DNA of 61,033 nt, counting the filler, from Nemertoderma westbladi (taxonomy: Eukaryota > Animalia > Xenacoelomorpha): assembly GCA_032718475.1 (NCBI GenBank). It is 3 parts of 3 records of this genome, joined end to end, with 100 filler letters (N's around TTAATTAATTAA, not from the genome) between each part and the next. Parts side by side here need not be neighbours in the genome. Positions count along the whole stretch, not along the records: positions 1 to 22,729 come from JAUCBJ010006690.1; 2 more parts are not named here. One strand, written 5' to 3'. Positions 12,590-22,829 of this stretch are shown in pieces. Numbering within the stretch: position 1 is the stretch's first letter; every line of letters starts with the position of its first letter. A program made the translations under genes and the position numbers. The notes under the pieces are model-generated. The model had not been told where the DNA came from. It did not search any database and was given only the letters and a program-made list of their open reading frames with translations.

Positions 12590-13283
12590 GTACCAATGCC
12601 CTACACTTTTTAAACCTTAATCATTGTTACTATGGCAACAATAGTAGTTATTTATACATTTTATATATTTTACACATATTTTATACATTCGTATATTTTA
12701 CAATAGTTGTTTTTACAAATCAAAATAGCTAGTCTTTTAAAAAAAATTAAAAAGTTTTTAATAAATTTAGTGTTAAATAAATGTTATAATTTCAGGTAGC
12801 TAGTATTTTTAAAATAGCTAGAAATATAAGATAGCTAGTATTGTCAAGATAGCTAAATACTTTAGCTGTGATGTTTAAATAATTGTTTTCGAACATTTCT
12901 GTCGCTCTTAACGTCGCGTAGCGAAAGAGCGACACGTACTGTACTGTACATGTCGCTTTTTTCTTTATATAATTTTAGTATGATATTTTATTTTTAATTG
13001 TTTGCGATTTTTTTTGCTTTATTATCTGCCACAAAAAATACTAGTTCTCTTAAAAATTACTAGCTACCTGAAATTATAACATTTATAATAACACTAAATT
13101 AAATAAAAAAATTTTGAATTTTTTTAAATATTAGCTATTTTGAATTTTTAAAATTATTACATTATATTTTATTCTATTTATGTTCTAGAATAGTTAAATA
13201 ACATTTATATGGTATTCTGGAACTCCCCATGATTGCCATAGTGACATTGATTTATGTTAAAAAAGTGTAGTAGCATACGGAAC
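12590..13283. mobile_element. Palindromic AT-rich MITE, family shared with 20807-21225
   Basis: Inverted arms (CTACACTTTTTAAAC...ATTGTTACTATGGCAAC versus ATTGCCATAGTGAC...GTTAAAAAAGTGTAG; TGTTATAATTTCAGGTAGCTAGTA versus TACTAGCTACCTGAAATTATAACA). Degenerate, so boundaries are approximate. Confidence 0.6.
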
Positions 13284-13467
13284 CGTTACCAAATATTTAC
13301 CAAATCCCAAATAATAGATAATAAATATAATCATAATCATAATGATAATACTGCATATATATAATAATTCTGCAACATTTATGCAAAATACCCTGCAAAA
13401 TATATCTGCAAAATAGGTAAAAATTGCTATTATAAAATGAATATTAATGGATAAACTATTACAATTT

Positions 13468-14156
13468 TTGTTACATTATGTCAACTTAACAGCGTTCTAG
13501 AGAATTACAATGTAACGCTGCAAAGTACCACTTTGCAGCGTTGCGGCCTATAGGACGGGAAACTGCAAAGTAATCAATGACATGGAAACAACTTAAATTA
13601 TCGTATTCCAGAATGTATTATTTCCATTTATATTAATGCCTGCTGCTTTATTCAATAAAGCAGCACGTCACGTGAATAATGCGTGCGTCCAGTTTGCAGT
13701 AACGAGACTAGCTACTGTATGTAAATAATTGTTTAACGTGTAAGACTGTATGCCATATGTCGAAACGTCCTATAGAAGACATTTTAGAGAAAATGAGCAA
13801 AGAAAATATGGCGATAGTGTTCAGTAAAACTGAACGGATACAGACGGTGACTCAATTTGGTTCAGACGACGATGGATCAAAGATTAAACTTTAATTAGAT
13901 AGTACCGGTACCTGTTAATAATTTTCACTAATATTCGAAATAGTATACATATACTCAAAATCGAAATAGTACATAGTACACATACAATATGTTTAAATGG
14001 GCATCCATAAAATCCTTTCTTCACAAACCGAACGCTGATAAGTTGACATAATGTAACAAAATGACATGTATATAATTTATGTAAACCTCCCTCGCTGCGC
14101 TCGCTCGGTACATAAATAAACTCGGGTCATAACGCTGCAAAGTGCTACTTTGCACA
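13468..14156. mobile_element. Unclassified non-autonomous element with internal inverted repeats
   Basis: TTTGTTACATTATGTCAACTTAACAGCGTTC (about 13468-13498) is inverted at about 14030-14060. The hairpin AACGCTGCAAAGT-ACC-ACTTTGCAGCGTT at about 13515 is repeated at about 14131. Confidence 0.45.
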
Positions 14157-15393
14157 CAATTGTAAATAGTTATTTCGGAGAATATTTAATTTATGTTTGA
14201 ATAATATTTTAGACAATTTCACAATTAGAATTTGAGAGGTAGAAAATAGTACAAAATCAAATTCACGATCTGCCATATATTACTATCAAAAAGTATTGTT
14301 CTAGAATCTGATGATGTTATAATTTCAACTACATAAAAATAGTAGCTATATTATTTGTTATTTGCATTGCTGAATTACTGTAACCGTAATACAATTCAAT
14401 CAATTCAATTCATAATACATTCAATACAAGGAAAGATTCCAGAAAATAATTATAATTGAAAAATTGTTACTTTTCACATTGATCCGAATAACATCACCAG
14501 AGCCCGCTACTAGTAAATAAATTTTAACAAAAATATGTCTGGAAAATTAGTAGCATAAAGCTTTTTACAGTAATTTTTAAGGTTTTCACTTACTACAATG
14601 AAAAACACTAGTTACTCTGAAAAATATTAATTAATAATGTTTAACACTGATCAATAGCAAAAACAAAAAAATTAAAAATAGCAGAATCAGTGGACAGTTA
14701 TCGCAATTGAGTAGCTTCAGATTGGCGGTATTTTCTAATATTTCAACAATAATTGAACCTAAAAATACGTAAAAACGTAAACCCAAAAAAAGTGAACCCA
14801 AAAAAGTAATATTTCATTAAATATTTCCTTGTAAGTAATATTTGGTCAAAATCCACCCATTTCCGTTAAAATAAGCAATAAACCTGAACGAAGTTATGGG
14901 TTACCTCAAAGTAATTCTAGATCACCTTGAACCGACTGTATCCATGTTGGTCATTCTAGAACGTCTGTTGCTATGGGTTTGTTGTTAATGACTGCAGCAC
15001 CCGAAACGTGTTTACGAAAACACACTTGGTGTTTCATTACGTTTATCAAAATTTAATTAAAATCAAAATATCTATAAAAAAATTTAATGGGTATTATTTT
15101 ATCATTTCAATACTATAGGGGTAAGGGAATAAGCCTGAAAATACTGTTCTTAAAAATGACCAACAGCGTTTTACTTCCATTGAATCTTCCATTTATGAAT
15201 AACCGAAGGTTAGAAAAAGATTACCCATGGTGCAAGGTGCTATGGATGGATATATTGTTAGTTTTATAAAATAATAATGAAAGATACAATTACATAGTTT
15301 CCAAATTTATCAAACCCTTTCTAGAACAATAATATTATTTGACTATTACACAATACCATGATTTCCGATAAGAAGAAATCACTTTGATTTAAA

Positions 15394-15768
15394 TCAATAA
15401 CGATTAATATTCCGCGTTCCAGGGTATGCCGCTGCAGTAGGCGAATCCATCCAGTTGAGGTCATGTCTGACCCGACCCAAAACAAACGGAATTACTGTGC
15501 TAGCTTCACTCGCATCCGAAGATCCAGGGGTCACAGTCGAACCGGAAGAGCTAACAAAGGACTCATCAATAACTCCCTTCTTCTCCTGAAGTTTCCGTTT
15601 CAACATCAACTTAGTTCTATTATGCAACATTTTATCTTCAACAGCGTTCAGCTTGTCTTCCATATTTCTTTCACGCTGAAACTCTTTAAATTTTAACTTG
15701 TCTTCATATTTTAACCTCGATTTAACAATATTTTCCTCTTTTCTCCTATTACAGTAATCCTGACAACC
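15394..15768 (-). CDS. Orphan small protein B, paralog of protein A; 5' end unresolved
   Basis: Stop-free from 15768 (GCQDYCNRRKEE...), ATG at 15663. It has a charged helix, an SSSGS linker and LGRVRHDLNWMDSP...Y.G. Confidence 0.6.
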   Translation of the reverse strand, partial: GCQDYCNRRKEENIVKSRLKYEDKLKFKEFQRERNMEDKLNAVEDKMLHNRTKLMLKRKLQEKKGVIDESFVSSSGSTVTPGSSDASEASTVIPFVLGRVRHDLNWMDSPTAAAYPGTRNINRY

Positions 15769-16159
15769 TTACCATATACATTTCGGTAATATACGCAGTG
15801 TTAACAATTGGTCTTAAAGCTCTCATATAATAATATTATATATTTTTATGCCCCCAGTCGGGGCAAATGGGTGGGTGTCACACAGGTTACTGTAAACTTA
15901 TATTTATTAAAATTATTAAAATTTGAGTTTAAAAAAAAGAGAATAAAAACCTAGAGGCAGATAGTTCCAGTAGAGTTGGGCGGTTTGGGCAGATAGAACG
16001 TGGTAGCGGTTCGAACAACAACTATTGCATAACGAGCAGCTGCCATATAAAACTTAATATAATTGTACCAAGGCGTACCAAAAATAAGAAGCCATTCATC
16101 CTTGCGGGACTGCAGACAGAATTTCAATATTGCAGAATTGCAGTCAGTCAGGTGAGGAC

Positions 16160-16660
16160 CATCGCATACGTAAGGGGAAGGCATGGGCAGCGTTAAATAG
16201 TCTGTCCAGGATTTGGAAGTCCCATAGAATAAAACGAAACCATAAGGTTAGATTATTTAGGGCTGTAGCAGCACCAGTACTCTTATATGGGAGTTTATCT
16301 GGGCTATAACTGCAGACGATACCTCTGGATGTCAATTTCACAAGAATGATGCACCGGGTTCATTGTGTCAAGTACAATGAGTACATCTCCAATCTGTCTC
16401 CACAACATTGGATGTATTTCATTAGTCTCCCCTAGCTTGAAACGTGAACGGAACCGCCTCCGCTTTGCAGGACATTTCTTTCGCAGTGAGGACCAGCCAG
16501 TGCATAATATTGTGCTTTGGCGGCCTCATGGAGTGAATAAGCAAGGTTGACAGCCCATGGCTCTCTTGAGACGCCTCTTAAAGGACACTGGCCTTGAAAA
16601 TGCGGATGATCTAGCAAATGTGATGGGTGATAGTGAGTTGTCGCAATTTTGTGGACAAGC
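16160..16660 (+). mobile_element. Degenerate RTE-clade LINE 3' fragment
   Basis: Broken translation RIRKGKAWAALNSLSRIWKS...KVRLFRAVAAPVLLYGS...RLRFAGHFFRSEDQPVHNIVLWRPHG, typical of the post-RT region of RTE ORFs. Confidence 0.75.
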
Positions 16661-17777
16661 CGGCATAGCATTCATAATATGTATGTAATATATATAATGC
16701 AATGCAGCATGCCGATCGTATTAGTAGTGGCCATAATTTGTTGCTATATTGTCTACTGATCATCGCTCGGGATATATCCTCGTAACATCCACCGCCTGGC
16801 CCCTGCAGGTCGGAACTTTGCAAAGTAAATAATAAATAACATAGAAACAATCGAGTTCTGGAATATATATTGCGTATTCTACTCTAGAGTGAATGATAGC
16901 CATTCTGTATGATAAGTGTAAGATCGTTTACCATAAAGTTGTCTTAGTAACTACAGTGAATTGCATAAGAATTTCATCAATGTAGTAAAATGACTAACTA
17001 TTAATTTCGTTAAAAACGAAATTAATTTGTTAAATAAGTTTAAAAATATTTAATTTTGTTTTCTAGAACAGATATTTCTTGTAAGAACATTAAAAACGCT
17101 TTCTAAAAAATATTAATATTTTTTTATGTTTCTTTAAATTAATTTGTGTTAAAAACAGTGTATTAAAACAAATCCATCATGGTAGCTGGTGATTTTTATG
17201 TTAGCTATAGTAATTTATTTTTAAATTTAAATTTTTATTTAAAAATGAAAGAATTTTATAAAAAGATTATAGAGCAAAATATATTTTAAATTAGAAAATA
17301 TGAAACAAAAAGTAGCTAGTATAAAAACAATGGGAGGGGGGAGTGTCCAAAACATAGTCGACAAATAGTTGTAACTCTAGTCGGGGGGTCACCCACCTGT
17401 TACCAATTATAATAGGTAAACCAATTGTTGACATAAAGAGTATTCAAATAGGGCAAATCGTACATTGTAAACACGACAATATTAAACACATTGTTTATAT
17501 TTTTTCACATAAATTAAATTTTCTTTCGGTCTAAAGAACAGCTTGAAATTAATAATATAAATAATATCATAAATAATCCTAAAATATCAAAATATCCTAA
17601 AAAAATTATATTTAAAAACATTGTTGCCATAGAGAAGACAAAAAATATCGTAAAAAAAATTCAACAGTTAATTAATTCAAGAATAGTCGATAATAGTTAA
17701 TTAATAAATTCTGAAATGATGACATTTATTAGTAGATAAATTAAATAATATTTAGCGGGTAAAATGGTTATGGGGAA

Positions 17778-20700
17778 ATGGAACGCCACAGATGTACAGT
17801 GTTCCTAAGTGGGGCTGTGCTTGGCGCCTCTGTAGCTGTGGCTCTAGGATTGGTGGCAGCGGCGCGCGACTTCGTACTGTCTGGGTCGCCGTTGGATTTG
17901 TTACACAGAGTTGTGGACGCGATTACTTTAAGCGACCACAACAGCGTTGAGTTTCAACAAAAGTTGTTAGATCGAACCCTAGTGAACCCGGATGTTGACA
18001 AGTTGTATCAGCTATTGGGTGAGTCAAGAAGAACCGCAATATAATGAAAATTTAATTTCTTCGTAGTTCGTATGCCATTACTAGTCCCGTGTGCTATTAC
18101 ACTAGTTCCGTATGTCATTACACTAGTCCTGTGTGCCATTACACTAGTTCCGTATGTCATTACACTAGTATCGTATGCCATTACTAGTCCCGTGTGCCAT
18201 TACACTAGTTCCGTATGTAATTACACTAGTACCGTATTCCATTACACTACTTCCGTAGTGTAATGAAATACGGAATAGCTATAATTTTATTTATAAAATT
18301 TTTCTGAGTAAAATATCTAATAAATCAGAATAAATAAAATGTTTTACTGAGTTGAAGACCAAAATTTGTTTGTCTTAAAACAAAATATATTTTTAAATAT
18401 TACAGCAAACATATTGTAGAACATATTCACATAAATCTATAAATTTAAAAACTACGAACTTGAACTGCAAGTCGGGAGGCCTGATCATCAAGCGACATGG
18501 TGAGATACGCGAGGTCTTTGGGGACCTCATAGCCTCCGCATTCGGGGAGTCGTGTGTACAGCGAGAAGCCACGCTGTGCACCGGCTACGTCGACAGGAAC
18601 GGTCGCGAGGTAGGGGGAGTGCGGGCGGATCTCCTAGCGAGGGGAGTCTGGACCGAACAGAGGGTGGCGTTAGTAGGCGATAGTAAACGCCGACGCCCAC
18701 TCGTACGTTAACCGGTCCTTGGATGCTGTCCTCGAGCAGCGAATCCGAGCCAAGAAGGTCCACTACAGCGCGGTGGTATGCGAGAATCGGAAGTTATCCT
18801 TACAGTGGATTACGTAGGCGGCGCTACTCCTCTCAAACTCCCTCTGTTTGCTCGCGCGGTGGTTGGAGGCCGGGGAGGGCGTTAGGTTTCGGAGATGGGG
18901 CTGCTCTGAGAGGAGCCGATTTCCAAGGCGGGCATTAAAACTATGAATGAATTGTGCCACGGGCGGAACTCCAACCAAAAAATTTAACCGGTTGAATTAA
19001 TGTGCAATATATTATATTAGAATGTCATTTAGCAATAGTATAACTGTAATTTTTATTATTGATTAAATAATATTAATGTAATACTAGTACAATAAATCTA
19101 AAAACTACTAAACTGAAATTATTAAGAAATATATTTTAGAAATATTCAGGAAGAAAATTTATCCAAGAACAAAATTTGGTTTTAAATAATTAAAAAAATA
19201 AATAACTCAATATAATACATAATATTTATTTTAATTGCTAACAAACAAATACATACGTGTTGTAGACAAAAACTATGGTAAACCATAATTAAAAACATTC
19301 TGTGAAAAATGTTCTAGAACTTTAAATGTTCTAGAGAAAACGTTTTTGAAAAAATAAAATAGTTTATGTCCCAGATTATTTGTTAAAATGCTACAAAAAT
19401 TAAATAGTATAACAAATATAGGGTGTGTGGTGTTCCCAAAACACAGTTACATACTGTAGTACCTCTTCTTAGTTAATAAAACATTAGTTAGTTATAAATT
19501 TTTGCCACAAATATAAAACTATAATAAAACGAGTTTTAAAAAATGTAGTAAAAAATTTAAAAATTTAATTTTTATGGCTATAATAAAAAACACTTTCTAT
19601 CTAAATATAACACCATATCATGCACTGTAATAAAACACTAGCTAGCCCAAAATTATTGCTTAAAATATGGTATAGATTATAGTACGACTTTTTTTAGAAA
19701 AAAACTTAGTAGCATTCGGAACTGCTACCAAAAAATAAACACTTGCTTGATTTGGTTTGATACAAAATTCTTCAAAGTAATTAAAGCTTTTGACTTTTTC
19801 ACGTAAATTTTTATTCAAATACAACAAATTGCCCATTGGCACATTTTGACCAATTTTTTGGCAACAATATGGCTATTCTTTCGATGGCTGTTGTTCTCGA
19901 AACAAATATTTGACATTCTGACAGTACAATGATAACCAATACAAATACAATGATACAATACAACAATACAAATGATAACCGCGGTAGTAATTTTTATTTT
20001 ACAAAATTCTACAAAGCGTTAAACATGAAATTCTCAAATTATTATTTTTAACAAACAAATTTACAGCGATAGAAAAAAGTCAAAACCTTTACCTTCATAA
20101 AGAAAACACACTGGCAAAAGTCGAATTAAAAATGACGCAAAATTTACAAATGGAAGATCAGAAGGCCAGGATGGCTGCCGAGAAAATGTTGAATAGCGCC
20201 AACATGCAACTCAGCTTAAATCTTGAGAAAGTTGAGAAAACTGAGAAAGATTTACTGAATTTAAGGTCAGTATAAAAACAATTTATAACTTGATACCGTA
20301 TTTACTCGAATAAGAGCCCCCCCCCCCCCCCCCTCGAATAGACGCCCCCTCGAATTAATGCCCCCCCCCCCCCCCCCCCTCAACTTAAACGCCTTCCCCG
20401 AATAAACGCCCCGGTGTTTAATAATTTTACATTGTGGGACGTTAACAATGTTGAGAGTTAACTGATAGACTGAAGGTAAATGTAGTAGGGTGTTGTACCG
20501 CTGTAATAGGCTGCTTTGTAATAAAGATAATCCTGATTATATTAGAATTATTTCATTTGTTTAACTTGTTTTATTGAATTTAACAACATTCTTTATTAGG
20601 GTATTTAGATTCAAAATGCTGAAATCCTGAACATAAATATAAACGCCCCCACTCGAACCACACAATTTATAAGCTTAAACGCACAGGCTCCTATTCTTAT

Positions 20701-21830
20701 TTAAATTAATTAAACTTATTGTTTAGGTTATAAAAACGTGCCAATGCAACATGTTCCTTTCCCTTGATAATTAACAATGTAAATTAACCGGTAATTATAA
20801 AGGCTAGAGTTCCGTATAGAACTGCATTTTTAAAACATATGTCATTGTTACTATGGCAACATTGTAGAGTTCTAGAACAATATAAATATACCTAATCAAA
20901 TAAATATAAACATAAATAAAATATATAATGTTCTAGAACATATAGCTAATTTTTTTTAATTTTAAAATAGCTAGTAAATTTAAAAAAATATCCAATTTGG
21001 TAGATACATTTTCTAATAAATAAATAATATAAATAAATAAATTTTTTTGTATTACTAGCTATTTTAAATTTGAAAAATAACTAGCTATATGTTCTAGAAC
21101 AATAATTTTTTATTTTATTTTTGTTCTAGAATAGTTTACATTATATATTTTTTGTTATAGAACTTTCCACTGTTGCCATGGTAACAATGATTTATGTTAT
21201 AAAAATTCAGTTCTATACGGAACTGTTACCATTATAAATATTGTTTAGGAATCAGCTGCAACAGCGGAAGAATCTGTGTCACGTGCAAACACTGCGTAGG
21301 TTGGAGAGCGATCGCAGGTTGCGAGAGATGCAAAAGGAGTCGAGACTGGAATGTTTGAGGCAGTCACATAATGCCAGGGAAGTTAATGAAGAAGATACCC
21401 TCGAGACTGATGGAATTCCGACAGAAATTATTAAAGACGAGACTTTGATTTATAAAGACCTGGACAATGAGGAGACCAGAGAGTGCGCAAAAGATAACCT
21501 AAACACTAAGTTGGTTTGACCAGGAATACAAAGAGTTAAAATAAATTACGGTATATTTAGAATCCAGTCGGTCTAAATATTAGTTGGGTTTGCTATTTGT
21601 TACACAGCTGCCAATAAAGTAAATAATTGGTTTCTATCCTGCCAGTCATGAGGGAGATTATAAAAATACTTTCTCCTTTCAGGTCGAGTATTGAACTCCT
21701 TCTCTCGGATGTTGATAGTCAGGTAATGGCAATGAAAATACAAGTTGGAGAAGATGAGCTAATTGGGAAACCCATGGTCAGCACGGATGAAACATTAGCA
21801 AGTGAAGGCGTATCAGCTGTTATTGACTAA
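17778..21830 (+). CDS. Four-exon gene for a 282-aa protein with an N-terminal hydrophobic anchor and a coiled coil; family not recognised
   Basis: Exons 17778-18018, 20067-20265, 21249-21509 and 21683-21830 join GT-AG in frame with no stops (849 nt). Hydrophobic segment VFLSGAVLGASVAVALGLVAA followed by a heptad-rich E/K/L/Q region. The exon 3 donor (GTTGGT) is the least certain. Confidence 0.7.
18065..18260. repeat. About 21-23 bp intronic minisatellite
   Basis: About 9 copies of (G)TATGCCATTACACTAGTTCCG variants directly after the exon 1 donor. Confidence 0.85.
18460..18940 (+). mobile_element. Fragment of a restriction-like endonuclease (REL) non-LTR retrotransposon, CRE-like, frameshifted
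   Basis: NCKSGGLIIKRHGEIRE...RADLLARGVWTEQRVAL, then in a shifted frame VNADAHSYVNRSLDAVLEQRIRAKKVHY. This fits the C-x-x-GG..RH / R-x-D / KKxxY pattern of REL domains. The segment is a GC-rich island in an AT-rich intron. Confidence 0.7.
20294..20415 (+). mobile_element. Remnant end of a Tc1/mariner(pogo)-type MITE
   Basis: TA-CCGTATTTACTCGAATAAG start followed by repeated CGAATA(A/G)ACGCCCC subterminal motifs. The opposite end is not evident. Confidence 0.45.
20807..21225. mobile_element. Palindromic MITE carrying two X-box motifs
   Basis: TIRs GAGTTCCGTATAGAACTG / CAGTTCTATACGGAACTG, and near-whole-length inverted symmetry. GTTACTATGGCAAC at 20847-20860 and GTTGCCATGGTAAC at 21172-21185. 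Confidence 0.8.
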
Positions 21831-22729
21831 ATATAGTGCGAAAAATTCTAGAATTAATTATCACTAATTTTTATTTATATAAATATACACTATTTCAACT
21901 TAAATGCTGGTCTATAAATTTATAACTCGTATTTAGGAGTAAATGATCTGAACATTATAAATTTTAACAATGCGATGGAATGAGACTAATTGGGGTCTAA
22001 TGAATGAGACCAGTCTGGGTTAGTTGTCATGGTGACTCGAAATGCAGATCTCTGTACTCTCTGAAATTAATAGCCTTAAAGTGTTTGTTTGCGATATGGA
22101 ATTTAAGCGTCTAAGAAATGAAAAAATATAACTGAAAAATTCTAACGGGTGCAACTCAATACACTAAAGGTAAAAAATCAGCTGTACTTCGTCAACTATA
22201 ATTAGCATACTATGACTTCACAACAGACTAACTATAAACTCACCGCTGACTTCTATGTCTGTGACGTCACCACCGCTCCCAGAGGCTGTTTCATATAAAA
22301 CGTAGTAGCGAATAATCTTAGTTCCCCCGTCGCTGAGTGGGGGGGACCAGTTAATATCCACCGAGTTGATATTGGTTGTATCAACAATCGCTTCTAAGTT
22401 GATTGGAGGATCGGGTGGGACAGCATCTACGGTGAAATTATATTAACCAATAGCAGGGCTCCAAATATAAATTCATTGGCAACACAAAATATCCTATTCC
22501 TACTTGCTAGGGCCTATTCTTTCAGTATCAATGAATGTACCGTATTATACGGTCACGCTGAGTTAGGCCTAACAGTAAGTCATTAAATAACAGGTGCAGA
22601 CAGCACAAAGATAGTACCGCACTGTACCGGTGTCACGCATTCTGTCGCTGCCTACATCTAGTAGGCCGGCCTACTTACTTATGCAGTCTGTAGGCTGCAG
22701 TAAACCACAAACTACATCAACATAGGTTG

Positions 22730-22829
22730 NNNNNNNNNNNNNNNNNNNNNNNNNNNNNNNNNNNNNNNNNNNNTTAATTAATTAANNNNNNNNNNNNNNN
22801 NNNNNNNNNNNNNNNNNNNNNNNNNNNNN
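22730..22829. other. Assembly gap (100 nt, N44-TTAATTAATTAA-N44 spacer)
   Basis: N-run with an artificial all-frame stop linker, identical in design to 42535-42634. Confidence 0.98.

Noticed and set aside
10454-15771. Stop-codon reassignment or readthrough to explain the TAA before both orphan ORFs
   Set aside because: TAA terminates enkurin, NCAM and LINE ORF2 normally here. An acceptor at TAAG or 5' decay is simpler.
22774-22785. Palindromic TTAATTAATTAA inside both N-runs
   Set aside because: It is an artificial scaffolding linker with stops in all frames. The LIN ending of ORF 42579-44882 is likewise artefactual.
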